Positions 9,037-18,737 of a stretch of DNA of 64,000 nucleotides are shown in pieces. The translations under genes were made by a program, and so were the position numbers. Source of the DNA: Ectothiorhodospiraceae bacterium BW-2 (lineage in GTDB: Bacteria > Pseudomonadota > Gammaproteobacteria > Thiohalomonadales > Thiohalomonadaceae); assembly GCA_008375315.1 (NCBI GenBank), contig CP032507.1, positions 2,874,071 to 2,938,070 on the forward strand, in the 5' to 3' direction. Under the pieces are notes generated by a model. The model searched no databases and was not told where the DNA came from. It saw only the letters and a program-made list of their open reading frames with translations. How positions within the stretch are numbered: the stretch's first letter is position 1; every line of letters starts with the position of its first letter.

Positions 9037-9873
9037 ATGACGGGCAGTGAGATCAAAAAATTGCTACAGCGCCACTTTGTGGCACAGGTGCCATTTGTGT
9101 TAACTGAGAGTGAGGCGCAGCGTAACTACCTAGAACAACTTGCAGAGGAGATTCGACAACGCTACGCTGATCACGATGTCGAAATCGGTGTTCACCAAAA
9201 TAGCTTCTATCCAGACAGAGGCACGAGTCACTACCTGTTGCGCCTTAATTTCTCCTGCCCAGATGCGAGTTACTATAGTCTGTATCAAAGAAAACTTAAG
9301 CACTACGGCTACGGTTACTACGGGCATAAGCAGGTTGCTGAAGTCAATATTCAGTTCTTTCTCCCAAGCGACCGCAGTAACAATGTCGATTTAGCTCCGG
9401 GAGAGCTCTACCTGAAGCTCAATAGTTTAATGCTGCGTTGGAGTGCTGATCGGCAACCGCTGTGGCTCTGTTTAGATAAAATTTACGAAAAATTAGAGCA
9501 GCAGCAGGGAGCGGTACAGAAGCAAGAGAAGGTGATGCAGCTACAGTTACAGGCGATAGAGGGGAAGGTAGAGCAGCTCGCTCGGCGCTATCGGCTCTAC
9601 CACAATTTTAAGGTGATGTCGAAAAAGATCCGTATCGCACTCGCGACCGAAGATATCAGCGGCTATATCGAATTTGATATTAAGTGGAGTGAGTTTCAGC
9701 AGGCGATGCGTAAGATTGAGCAGGTGTTCGATGCCTTCTTCAGCCTACACCAGCTGAAGGTGGTCAATCAGATCCGCTTTAATAAAGTGTCAGTCAAACA
9801 TTTGGTGAACACCCTGTCGCCGCCACCGGAACCAGAACCCAACGCGGAACAGATAGGAGCGATAGATGATTAA
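9037..9873 (+). CDS. Hypothetical coiled-coil protein, first gene of a MoxR/vWA cluster (candidate vWA-MoxR-associated protein)
   Basis: 278 aa with no recognisable motif. The central part is a predicted coiled coil (LEQQQGAVQKQEKVMQLQLQAIEGKVEQLARRYRL). Its stop overlaps the start of the downstream AAA+ gene by 8 nt. Confidence 0.6.
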   Translation: MTGSEIKKLLQRHFVAQVPFVLTESEAQRNYLEQLAEEIRQRYADHDVEIGVHQNSFYPDRGTSHYLLRLNFSCPDASYYSLYQRKLKHYGYGYYGHKQVAEVNIQFFLPSDRSNNVDLAPGELYLKLNSLMLRWSADRQPLWLCLDKIYEKLEQQQGAVQKQEKVMQLQLQAIEGKVEQLARRYRLYHNFKVMSKKIRIALATEDISGYIEFDIKWSEFQQAMRKIEQVFDAFFSLHQLKVVNQIRFNKVSVKHLVNTLSPPPEPEPNAEQIGAIDD

Positions 9874-10945
9874 AATCGGTGTGACGGAGCTAGAGACGAT
9901 TTTGCAGACAACCCCCGCGAGCCAAAATATTATGTTGGTTGGCCGCCACGGTATCGGCAAATCGCGCATTATTACCGACCACTTTCAGCGGCAAGGTGAG
10001 CGGGTGATTACCTTCTTTTTAGGACAGATGAGCGATCCGGGTGATCTGATAGGGTTAATGTATCGCGATGAGCAGAGCCACCGCTCCCGCTTTATGCCCC
10101 CCTACTGGTGGCCAGAGGGGGAGGAGTCGGTGGTGCTGTTTCTGGATGAGCTAAACCGAGCCCGGCCAGAGATTTTACAAGCGGTGATGGATTTAACCCT
10201 CAATCGCCGTTTAGCTGGCCGAGAGCTGCCATCGGGGAGCCGTATCCTCTCCGCTATCAATAACGGCGAGCTCTACCAGACGACCGATCTCGATCCTGCG
10301 CTGGTATCGCGCTTTAATCTCTATCAGTTTGAACCGACGCTGGAGGAGTGGCTCGACTGGGCGCATGGTGCCGCGATTCACACCTCGGTGATTCAGCTAA
10401 TTCAGAGTCAGCACCACCTGCTCGATGGCTCGTTAGCTGAGATCGAACTTAGCGGTGATCTGTTAGAGAAACAGCCCGATCGCCGCGCATGGGAGCGGGT
10501 GAGCGACTACCTCAAGGTGGTGACAGAGATTGGCCCGACCCACATTAAAGCGCTTGCCGGTATTATCGGTGTTGGGGCAGCGCTGGAGCTGCAAAGGGTG
10601 TTACAGAGCCAGCTTGCCCTAAATAGTGAGGATATTTTAGAGCGCTTTAGCCGCCAACGAGGCAAAATAAAGGCGCTATCGCTGCCTCAGTTAGCCATAC
10701 TCAACGAGCAGATCGCCCATCGTCTGAGTGAGGGGCATAAGAGTGACAAAACGGTGGCGAAGTGGCTTAAAAATCTACACGGCTATCTAAGCGAGCTACA
10801 GCAGCTAGAGCAGCGAGAAGCGGTCGCCCAGTTCGCCTCGCTCCTTGGCCGACCGAAATTTAAGCAGGTCGCCTCCCTAGTCATGATCGAGTCGGATGAG
10901 CTGATGGCGCTCTTAGCCGACTATATCGACACCATTCAACTCTAA
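9866..10945 (+). CDS. MoxR-like AAA+ ATPase (AAA_5/AAA_3 type)
   Basis: Walker A LVGRHGIGKS. Walker B VVLFLDELNRA. Sensor-1-like ILSAINNGE. Arg-finger region LVSRFNLY. The C-terminal half is an alpha-helical lid. Overlaps the upstream ORF. Confidence 0.8.
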   Translation: MIKIGVTELETILQTTPASQNIMLVGRHGIGKSRIITDHFQRQGERVITFFLGQMSDPGDLIGLMYRDEQSHRSRFMPPYWWPEGEESVVLFLDELNRARPEILQAVMDLTLNRRLAGRELPSGSRILSAINNGELYQTTDLDPALVSRFNLYQFEPTLEEWLDWAHGAAIHTSVIQLIQSQHHLLDGSLAEIELSGDLLEKQPDRRAWERVSDYLKVVTEIGPTHIKALAGIIGVGAALELQRVLQSQLALNSEDILERFSRQRGKIKALSLPQLAILNEQIAHRLSEGHKSDKTVAKWLKNLHGYLSELQQLEQREAVAQFASLLGRPKFKQVASLVMIESDELMALLADYIDTIQL

Positions 10946-10952
10946 GCCCCCT

Positions 10953-12134
10953 ATGGCCAATAGCCAACCGAGTAGCGGGGCGCTACAGCGGCAGCTACAG
11001 CAGATTGCTGAGGCGTGGTTCATTACCGAACCACTACTCTTTGCCGTCTGGACACTGCACCAGTTGCAGCCCAATAGCAAGATAGAGACGCTTCGTAGCG
11101 GTGCGGGCCGAATCGAGTATAACCCAGACTACCTAGCCACTTTTGAGCTCCCACTGTTGAGGGAGATGCTGCGAGTGGAGCTGGTGCGATTACTGCTACA
11201 ACACCCCTATAGTCGCCAGCCCGACCATGCTGAGCTGGCCTATTTAGCCAGTCATATCACTCTAAAAGAGGCGCTTCAGACGCCGTTGCTGCTGCCGAGC
11301 GCCTTTGAGCAGTTCGGCCACCATGAGTACGATAACCACTATTTTGAGTTCTACTACCAAAAACTGCTGACCGATGCCACTCTAAACCGAGGTAGTCGCC
11401 ACTCTGCGCCACCGAGCCACTTAACGGCACCGAGCCTGGCGGTTATGGCGCAAAATAGTGAGCTGTGGGGGGAGAACGACTACTTCCAGCAGCTCATAGC
11501 GCAACAGGTGGAGCAGGCCGATATTGATCATCGCAGTTGGGGCACATTAAGCGCATCGCTACAGCAGCAGATTAAGGCGAATCAGCGGCCGAAGCTCAAC
11601 TTTATCGATCAGCTAAAGCGGTTTCGATCCACACTGCTCTCGAACGAGAGGGTGGTGACCCGTATGCGACCGAACCGGCGCTACGACTTCCTCTATCCGG
11701 GCAGTCGGCGTGAGTTTACGACCAAACTGCTATTTGCGATGGATGTGAGTGGTTCAGTGACTGACCGAGAGCTCAATTTAGCGCTCTCAACGCTTAACCG
11801 ACTCTTTCTTTATGGTATTCGCACTATCGATATTGTCACCTTTGATACCGAAATTCACGATCAGTGGCGAGGGGTGAAACGGCAGCGGCCCGAGTTGACG
11901 ATAACCGGACGGGGAGGGACTTCGTTTCAGGTGGTGATCGACTATCTCAATCACAGCTCCCCCCCTTATGATGGCTGTATTATCTTTACCGATGGCTTCG
12001 CTCCGGTGCCGACTCGGCCACAACGGCGAACCCAACTACTGTGGCTGTTTAATAGCGCAGCTAACTACCGTCATCAGGTAGAGGCGTTAAAGGGGGTAGG
12101 GAGGGTGGCTTCTATTGAGCCGGTGAGGGTGTGA
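10953..12134 (+). CDS. vWA-domain protein with an N-terminal DUF2201_N-like (degenerate metallopeptidase-like) domain
   Basis: C-terminal vWA with an MIDAS motif (LLFAMDVSGSVTD ... TGRGGTSF ... IIFTDGF). The N-terminal helical domain resembles the putative-peptidase N-domain that accompanies MoxR partners, but lacks an intact HExxH (ELVRLLLQHP). It starts 8 nt after the ATPase stop and stops 1 nt before tRNA-Cys. Confidence 0.75.
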   Translation: MANSQPSSGALQRQLQQIAEAWFITEPLLFAVWTLHQLQPNSKIETLRSGAGRIEYNPDYLATFELPLLREMLRVELVRLLLQHPYSRQPDHAELAYLASHITLKEALQTPLLLPSAFEQFGHHEYDNHYFEFYYQKLLTDATLNRGSRHSAPPSHLTAPSLAVMAQNSELWGENDYFQQLIAQQVEQADIDHRSWGTLSASLQQQIKANQRPKLNFIDQLKRFRSTLLSNERVVTRMRPNRRYDFLYPGSRREFTTKLLFAMDVSGSVTDRELNLALSTLNRLFLYGIRTIDIVTFDTEIHDQWRGVKRQRPELTITGRGGTSFQVVIDYLNHSSPPYDGCIIFTDGFAPVPTRPQRRTQLLWLFNSAANYRHQVEALKGVGRVASIEPVRV

Positions 12135-12135
12135 G

Positions 12136-12209
12136 TGGAGGCCAGGAGCGGAATCGAACCGCTGTACACGGCTTTGCAGGCCGCTGCATGACCACTCTGC
12201 CACCTGGCC
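12136..12209 (-). tRNA. tRNA-Cys (anticodon GCA)
   Basis: The reverse complement folds as a 74-nt cloverleaf. It has a 7-bp acceptor stem (GGCCAGG/CCTGGCC), an anticodon stem GCGGC/GCCGT with loop CUGCAAA (anticodon GCA), a T-arm AGCGGTTCGATTCCGCT, discriminator U73 (typical of tRNA-Cys) and an encoded CCA. Confidence 0.85.
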
Positions 12210-12426
12210 ACTCGTTTGACGGGGCGCATTATAGCTAAACCGGTGCCTAGTTACCAGAGCAATCTGCGGTTGTTATATGTATCATTTTGATTTATATATA
12301 TATTTAATATAAGGAGCGCGATGATTCTATGGCTGAATACGGCGAATGATGCCATTTTTTGGCACAGTGTGGCAAACTAGGCCTCTGGGTTAATCGTAAC
12401 CGTAATGGTGGTTTGGGAGTAAATCT

Positions 12427-13575
12427 ATGAAAAAAAATGGTTTGTTGGCATGGGGAGCGGTGGTGGTGGTGTCGATCCTCTGCGGCTGCTCAGGGAGTCA
12501 GGTGAGATATGAGCCCCCCGTCACTCCCTCTGAGGCCGTATCAGAGCCAACTTCGGTCGAGCTGACGCCAACCCCCGATAGCGCGGTGGTAAAAGAGTCT
12601 GCACCGCAGCTCTATACGGTAGTCAGCGGAGATACGCTGTGGGATATTGCCAGCCGCTTTTTAACCGATCCTTGGCGCTGGCCGGAGGTGTGGCAAAGTA
12701 ACCCCCAAATTGAGAATCCCCACCTTATCTTCCCCGGAGATCAGCTTAAGCTGTTGATGGAGGGGGGGCGAGCGGTGATTCGCAAAGTGGAGGGGGAGCA
12801 GGTTCGCTGCGTGGGCTACACCGAAGAGGGGCGCTGTATTGAACGCCTATCGCCACAAGTTCGGGAGTCCTCGCTCAAAGGGGCGATTACTACCATTCCT
12901 GCCAATGTTATCACCCCCTTCTTGCGCCAACCGCGAGTCATGTCGCCTAATAGCTTAGATGATGCCCCCTATGTCCTCTCTAGCGCCGATGAACACCTCA
13001 TTGCCGGGACTGATAATCGTATCTATGCGCGAGGCATTCAGAGTAAAATGACCTCCGACTATCTAGTCGTTCGCCCCGGTACCATCTATCGTAATCCAGA
13101 CGATAGTGACGATATTTTAGGCCAAGAGGCGCTCGTGGCGGCCGAGGCGCGGCTGGTTCGGTTTGGTGATCCGGCCACGCTCGACATTGTCGATGCTGAG
13201 CGGGAGGTATTAAATGGCGACCGGCTGATTCCGCTAGTAGAGCAGGGGCATCAAAATAACTATCTGCCCCATTCACCGCCGGAGGGGGTGCGTGCCCAGA
13301 TTATGGCCGTGTTAGATGGGGATAGGTTGATTGGGCAGTACCACGTAGTGGCGCTCAATATCGGGCGAGAAGATCAGATTGAGAGTGGCCATGTGTTAGC
13401 CGCCTATGACTCGGGGCGCCAAGTGCGCGATTTTGCCACGGGGGAGTGGCTGAAGCTGCCAGATGAGCGCAGTGGGCTATTAATGGTGTTTCGGGTATTT
13501 GAACGGATGAGCTACGCGCTAGTGATGGAGGCGACACTGCCGATGCGGATAGGTGACCGAATTGGAGCGCCATAA
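12427..13575 (+). CDS. LysM-domain peptidoglycan-binding protein (TsaP-like, type IV pilus secretin-associated)
   Basis: Signal or lipoprotein-like N-terminus. LysM motif YTVVSGDTLWDIASRF...PGDQLKL. Lies immediately upstream of dprA, the position of TsaP-like LysM genes in other proteobacteria. Confidence 0.75.
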   Translation: MKKNGLLAWGAVVVVSILCGCSGSQVRYEPPVTPSEAVSEPTSVELTPTPDSAVVKESAPQLYTVVSGDTLWDIASRFLTDPWRWPEVWQSNPQIENPHLIFPGDQLKLLMEGGRAVIRKVEGEQVRCVGYTEEGRCIERLSPQVRESSLKGAITTIPANVITPFLRQPRVMSPNSLDDAPYVLSSADEHLIAGTDNRIYARGIQSKMTSDYLVVRPGTIYRNPDDSDDILGQEALVAAEARLVRFGDPATLDIVDAEREVLNGDRLIPLVEQGHQNNYLPHSPPEGVRAQIMAVLDGDRLIGQYHVVALNIGREDQIESGHVLAAYDSGRQVRDFATGEWLKLPDERSGLLMVFRVFERMSYALVMEATLPMRIGDRIGAP

Positions 13576-13581
13576 GCCACA

Positions 13582-14673
13582 ATGAGCTCGGAGCAGGCGC
13601 GGTTATGGTTTAAATTGGCGCGAGTGAGCGGGGTTGGCGCGATTCGACAGCAGCAGCTACTGCAACGCTATGGGTCGGTGGAGGCGATATTTGCCCAAGG
13701 GCCACACGATAGTAGCCTGACCGCAGCGCTGCGCCAAGCGTTAACCGAAGTCGATGAGGCGGCTGTCGATGACGATATGGCGTGGCTAGAGCAGAGTGAG
13801 CGCCACTTTCTTCTCACGGTAGCGGATGAGGCGTATCCGCCGCAGCTACGACAGCTAGAGGGGATGCCGCAACTACTCTACGGCATCGGACGGGTTGAGC
13901 TGCTGCAAAGCGCCCAAGTGGCGATGGTGGGGAGCCGCAATCCGAGTCATCAGGGGCAGGAGAGTGCCCACGCGTTTGCCCGCTACTTCGCCTCGGTCGG
14001 GCTGACGGTGACTAGCGGGTTAGCGCTAGGCATTGACGGGGCTAGCCATTGTGGTGCTCTCGATGGCGGTGGTGATACGATAGCGGTGATGGGAACTGGT
14101 ATTGATCGCATCTACCCGGCCTCACATCGCGATTTAGCCCACCGCATTGCCGCCAATGGTAGCCTACTGGTGAGTGAGTTTCCGCCGGGGGTCGGCCCAC
14201 TCGCTAGCAACTTTCCGCGCCGTAACCGGCTGCTTAGCGCCCTCTCTCTCGGAACTTTAGTGGTAGAGGCGGCGCTTAAAAGTGGTTCGCTCATCACCGC
14301 CCGCTATGCGAGTGAGCAGGGACGAGAGGTGTTTGCTATTCCCGGTTCGATTCACAATCCGCTCGCTAAAGGGTGCCATCAGCTGATTAAACAGGGGGCC
14401 AAACTAGTTGAGGGGGCGCAGGATATTATTGAGGAGATTGCGCCGCAACTACGACACTATCTAACCCAGTTAGATCAAGCCGATTCCCTCTCCGTGGCAA
14501 AAAAATTTACCGTCACCGAACAGCAGTTAATTCATGCGATAGGGGATGGGCCGACGCCGATGGATACAATCATTGCCCGGAGTGGATTGACTGCTGATCG
14601 GGTTTCCTCCATGCTGTTACAACTGGAACTGGAGGGGCATGTCTCATTCTCCCCTGCCGGATACTCGGTTTAG
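13582..14673 (+). CDS. dprA: DNA processing protein DprA (Smf)
   Basis: Conserved Rossmann-fold DprA blocks VAMVGSRNPS, VTSGLALGIDGASH, TIAVMGTGIDRIYP, REVFAIPG. C-terminal winged-helix domain. Confidence 0.9.
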   Translation: MSSEQARLWFKLARVSGVGAIRQQQLLQRYGSVEAIFAQGPHDSSLTAALRQALTEVDEAAVDDDMAWLEQSERHFLLTVADEAYPPQLRQLEGMPQLLYGIGRVELLQSAQVAMVGSRNPSHQGQESAHAFARYFASVGLTVTSGLALGIDGASHCGALDGGGDTIAVMGTGIDRIYPASHRDLAHRIAANGSLLVSEFPPGVGPLASNFPRRNRLLSALSLGTLVVEAALKSGSLITARYASEQGREVFAIPGSIHNPLAKGCHQLIKQGAKLVEGAQDIIEEIAPQLRHYLTQLDQADSLSVAKKFTVTEQQLIHAIGDGPTPMDTIIARSGLTADRVSSMLLQLELEGHVSFSPAGYSV

Positions 14674-14737
14674 CGCCGACATTCGTTGGTGAATTACCAC
14701 CGCAACTCTATAAGCTGCCGATTGATGAGGTCATTAC

Positions 14738-15223
14738 ATGAAGCAAGATATGTTCGATATCATTCTCTATCTATTTGAAAATTATATCTATGAGGATGAG
14801 GTTCTCGACTCCGAAGAGTTAGACGAAGAGCTGCTACGCGCCGGTTTTCAACCTCACCATATCGATAAAGCCTTTGACTGGATAGATAGTCTATCGGTCG
14901 CCGAACAGCTAGAGGGGCACGCTCTACCCTTTACCAGACCCCCTAGTTCAACCTCCATACGACACTATACCCCCGATGAGATGCGGTGGCTCGATCTCGA
15001 ATGTCGCGGCTTTTTACTCTATCTGGAGCAGATGGGAGTGTTAGAACATACTAGCCGTGAACGGGTGATTGATCGGGTGATGGCGCTAGAGCGGGAGCCT
15101 ATCGAGCTAGAGCAGCTAAAGTGGGTGGTACTTATGGTACTCTTTAACCAGCCAGGTAGTGAGGCGGCAGCGGCATGGATTGAAGAGGTGGTCATTGATG
15201 AGATCGCTCTCCACATCCACTAA
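14738..15223 (+). CDS. smg: Smg protein (DUF494)
   Basis: 161 aa. The characteristic N-terminus MKQDMFDIILYLFENY is present. Sits in the conserved dprA-smg-topA arrangement. Confidence 0.85.
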   Translation: MKQDMFDIILYLFENYIYEDEVLDSEELDEELLRAGFQPHHIDKAFDWIDSLSVAEQLEGHALPFTRPPSSTSIRHYTPDEMRWLDLECRGFLLYLEQMGVLEHTSRERVIDRVMALEREPIELEQLKWVVLMVLFNQPGSEAAAAWIEEVVIDEIALHIH

Positions 15224-15275
15224 TCTCGCCTTTAACCCCGATTGAGAGTCGTCAGAAAGTACAGGATAGCAGCGT

Positions 15276-17612
15276 ATGGGAAAGAGTCTGGTCATTGTTG
15301 AATCGCCGGCGAAGGCAAAAACGATCAAAAAATATCTAGGGGGTGACTATGAAGTACTCGCCTCTTATGGCCATATTCGCGATCTACTCCCTAAAGAGGG
15401 GGCGGTCGATCCGGCTAACAATTTTGCGATGAAGTATGAGTTAATTGAGCGTAACAGTCGCCATGTTGATGCCATTGTTAAGCAGCTACGCGGTGCCGAT
15501 CAGCTCCTGCTAGCGACCGACCCCGATCGCGAAGGGGAGGCGATCTCATGGCACCTGTTGCAATATCTACAGAGCCGTCGTGGCTTAATGAAAGATAAGC
15601 CGGTAGGCCGAATTCAATTTAACGAAATCACCAAACGGGCGATTCAAGAGGCGGTAGAGCACCCCCGCCCGATTGCGATGGCGCTGGTCAATGCCCAGCA
15701 GGCGAGGCGAGCGCTCGACTATCTGGTCGGCTTTAATCTGTCGCCGCTACTGTGGCGTAAAATTCGCGGTGGCCTCTCGGCGGGGAGAGTGCAGTCACCG
15801 GCGCTGCGGTTAATTGTCGAACGAGAGGAGGAGATAGAGCGCTTTATCCCGCAAGAGTACTGGACGATTGAGGCGTTAGTCGCCCAACAGGGGCAGCCGG
15901 AGCCAGAGCCGTTTAAGGCGCGTTTAATTCAGCTAGAGGGTAACAAGCTGGATCAGTTTGATCTCAATCGGGCCGAGACGGCCCACAGTGCCGAGGCAAA
16001 AATTGCTGCCGCTGCCAATGGACGGCTACAGGTAGCTAAGGTCGAAAAAAAGCAGCGTAAACGCAACCCCGCCCCCCCTTTTACCACCTCAACGCTACAG
16101 CAGGAGGCGTCACGCAAGCTCGGTTTTGGCGCTCAGCGCACCATGCGGATCGCCCAGCAGCTCTATGAGGGTATCGATATCGGTGGCGAGACGGTAGGGC
16201 TGATTACCTATATGCGTACCGACTCGGTGAACCTCGCTAGTGAAGCGATTGAGGAGCTACGACAGTTTATTGTTAGCCGCTATGGCACCGCCACTCTCCC
16301 CCCACAGCCGCGACTTTTTAAAACCAAATCAAAAAACGCCCAAGAGGCGCACGAAGCGGTACGACCGACCTCTGCGATGAGAACACCACAACAGCTCGCC
16401 TCCCATCTAACCAAAGAGCAGCTACGACTCTATGAGCTGATCTGGAAACGGACGGTGGCCTGCCAGATGAAGTCGGCGACCCTGAATACCGTCGCTATCG
16501 ATCTGATTGCCCAACAGATCGCCACTTTTCGGGCCAACGGTTCGGTGGTAGTCGATCCCGGTTTTATGACCGTCTATCAAGAGGGGCGGGACGACAGTAA
16601 AAACGATGAGGGTGAGAACCGTATTCTCCCGCCACTGCAAGAGGGAGAGTGGGTTGATCTAGTCAAACTATTGACCGAGCAGCACTTTACCGAACCGCCT
16701 CCGCGCTTCTCTGAAGCGACCTTGGTTAAGACGCTGGAGGAGTATGGCATTGGGCGCCCCTCGACCTACGCCTCGATTATTTCGACCCTACAGCAGCGCG
16801 ACTATGTCGAAATGGATAAAAAGCGCTTTATTCCGACCGATGTCGGGCGCACGGTTAACCGCTTTTTAACCGAACACTTTACCCGCTATGTCGATTATGA
16901 GTTTACCGCCCGCCTAGAGGATGAGCTCGACGCCATCTCTCGGGGGGAGGAGGAGTGGATTCCGTTACTGCACCGCTTCTGGCAGCCGTTTCATACGCTA
17001 GTCGAGGATAAAGATCAGAGCGTTAGCCGCAAAGATGTCACTGAAGAGAGGCTAGAGGAGAGTTGCCCGGAGTGTGGGCAGTATTTAGTGAAAAAGTTGG
17101 GCAAAAGGGGGCGCTTTATCGGTTGTAGTGGCTATCCCGATTGTAGTTACACCCGTAACCTAGATGGGGAGTCGAGTCAGGAGCGGGCCGAACCGGAGCT
17201 AGTTGAGGGGCGAAACTGCCCTAAGTGCAACTCCCCCTTAGTCTATCGCATCGGCCGTTACGGTAAATTTATCGGCTGTAGCGGCTATCCGCAGTGTCGC
17301 CATATCGAGTCGCTAGAGCAGCCGCAGGATACCGGAGTCGAGTGTCCAAAGTGCCATAAGGGGACGCTACAGCAGCGCAAATCGCGTCGGGGGAAGCTCT
17401 TTTACTCCTGCGCGACCTACCCTGCGTGCGACTACGCAACCTGGGATCTACCACTCGCCGAGCCGTGCCCTGAGTGTGGCTGGCCGATATTGACCCTTAA
17501 AGTGACCAAACGACGCGGTGAGGAGAGGGTCTGCCCGCAAAAAGAGTGCGGTTATCGGGTCGCGGTGGCCGGTAGCGGTGAGACGACCGCCAGTGCAGAG
17601 CAAGAGCAATGA
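15276..17612 (+). CDS. topA: DNA topoisomerase I
   Basis: TOPRIM N-terminus (LVIVESPAKAKTIKKYLG, DPDREGEAISWH). Active-site Tyr region present. The C-terminus carries multiple zinc-ribbon CxxC...CxxC repeats. Confidence 0.95.
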   Translation: MGKSLVIVESPAKAKTIKKYLGGDYEVLASYGHIRDLLPKEGAVDPANNFAMKYELIERNSRHVDAIVKQLRGADQLLLATDPDREGEAISWHLLQYLQSRRGLMKDKPVGRIQFNEITKRAIQEAVEHPRPIAMALVNAQQARRALDYLVGFNLSPLLWRKIRGGLSAGRVQSPALRLIVEREEEIERFIPQEYWTIEALVAQQGQPEPEPFKARLIQLEGNKLDQFDLNRAETAHSAEAKIAAAANGRLQVAKVEKKQRKRNPAPPFTTSTLQQEASRKLGFGAQRTMRIAQQLYEGIDIGGETVGLITYMRTDSVNLASEAIEELRQFIVSRYGTATLPPQPRLFKTKSKNAQEAHEAVRPTSAMRTPQQLASHLTKEQLRLYELIWKRTVACQMKSATLNTVAIDLIAQQIATFRANGSVVVDPGFMTVYQEGRDDSKNDEGENRILPPLQEGEWVDLVKLLTEQHFTEPPPRFSEATLVKTLEEYGIGRPSTYASIISTLQQRDYVEMDKKRFIPTDVGRTVNRFLTEHFTRYVDYEFTARLEDELDAISRGEEEWIPLLHRFWQPFHTLVEDKDQSVSRKDVTEERLEESCPECGQYLVKKLGKRGRFIGCSGYPDCSYTRNLDGESSQERAEPELVEGRNCPKCNSPLVYRIGRYGKFIGCSGYPQCRHIESLEQPQDTGVECPKCHKGTLQQRKSRRGKLFYSCATYPACDYATWDLPLAEPCPECGWPILTLKVTKRRGEERVCPQKECGYRVAVAGSGETTASAEQEQ

Positions 17613-17631
17613 ACAGTTAGGTAGAGTGTTA

Positions 17632-17823
17632 ATGGAGCAGAGTGCAGCGGGGGCTTATGAGCAGATTCTGGAGCAGGCCTGTCAAGCAGGTTGCGAGCAG
17701 GTGCGATGGATGATTACCCAATTAGAGCAGCGGCAGCTTCCAGAGCTGTTTGCGCCACTGACTATCGAGCAGCAGCGGCAGATATTGGGGGAGTTAAAAC
17801 AGATTATGAGAGTGTACGATTGA
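17632..17823 (+). CDS. Small hypothetical protein (63 aa, Gln/Glu-rich)
   Basis: The track ORF (17518..) begins inside topA. The internal ATG at 17632 lies 17 nt after the topA stop and is used as the start. No motif recognised. Confidence 0.4.
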   Translation: MEQSAAGAYEQILEQACQAGCEQVRWMITQLEQRQLPELFAPLTIEQQRQILGELKQIMRVYD

Positions 17824-17830
17824 GACTCTG

Positions 17831-17850
17831 CCCCCCAGCGGGGGGCTAGC
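17831..17850. terminator. Possible bidirectional hairpin between convergent genes (CCCCCC-AGC-GGGGGG)
   Basis: Perfect 6-bp G/C stem with a 3-nt loop between the 17632-17823 ORF (+) and folE2 (-). Followed by an interrupted T-rich tract. Confidence 0.35.
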
Positions 17851-17859
17851 GCTTATTAT

Positions 17860-18654
17860 TTATTTGGTATGCTCAATCAGAGCGTAGGCTGAGTGGTTGT
17901 GAATCGACTCAAAATTTTCTGACTCAACGATATAGCGGCTGATGCGCTGATCTTGATTGAGCTGCACCGAGACATCGCGCACCATATCTTCGACAAATTT
18001 GGGGTTATCATAAGCCCGTTCGGTGACATACTTCTCATCGGGGCGTTTTAACAGACCGTAGAGTTCACAGGAGGCCTGACTCTCGACCATATCGATAATA
18101 TCCTCTATCCAGACAAACTCTTTTGTTGCCACGGTGACGGTGACATGGGAGCGCTGATTGTGGGCACCATAATCGGAGATCTTTTTCGAGCAGGGGCAGA
18201 GGCTAGTGACCGGTACCACCACCTTTACCATCAGGGTAGGGTTATCTGCGGTAATTTCGCCAATAAAGGTCACCTCGTAGTCGAGCAGACTCTGTACCCC
18301 CGATACCGGCGCGGCCTTATTGACAAAGTAGGGGAAGGTCATCTCAATGTGGCCTGATTCGGCCTCTAGCCTTTCGGTCATTTCGACGAGCATATCCTGA
18401 AACGATGTCACCGATAGCTCGCGTTCGTGGTTGTTTAAAATCTCCACAAAACGGGACATATGGGTGCCCTTAAAGTTGTGTGGCAGATTGACATACATAT
18501 TGAAGTTGGCCACGGTGTGCTGTTCGCCGCCGGTGCGATCTTGGACCCTGACTGGGTGGCGAATATCTTTAATTCCCACTTTATCAATGGCGATGTGGCG
18601 GGTGTCTTCACTGTTTTGAACATCGGCGATGTTGTTACAATCGGCTTGATTCAT
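17860..18654 (-). CDS. folE2: GTP cyclohydrolase FolE2 (type IB, MptA/DUF198 family)
   Basis: Family blocks [17 protein letters not shown] and [12 protein letters not shown]. The conserved Cys and His metal ligands are present in the C-terminal half ([10 protein letters not shown]). Confidence 0.85.
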   Translation of the reverse strand: MNQADCNNIADVQNSEDTRHIAIDKVGIKDIRHPVRVQDRTGGEQHTVANFNMYVNLPHNFKGTHMSRFVEILNNHERELSVTSFQDMLVEMTERLEAESGHIEMTFPYFVNKAAPVSGVQSLLDYEVTFIGEITADNPTLMVKVVVPVTSLCPCSKKISDYGAHNQRSHVTVTVATKEFVWIEDIIDMVESQASCELYGLLKRPDEKYVTERAYDNPKFVEDMVRDVSVQLNQDQRISRYIVESENFESIHNHSAYALIEHTK

Positions 18655-18737
18655 ACTCGATCCTGTCTGTTGGCTATATTCTCTATCCTAAATGCTGCAA
18701 AGTTCAGGCTAGGTTTAGAGGTCAATGTGGGGCTAGT

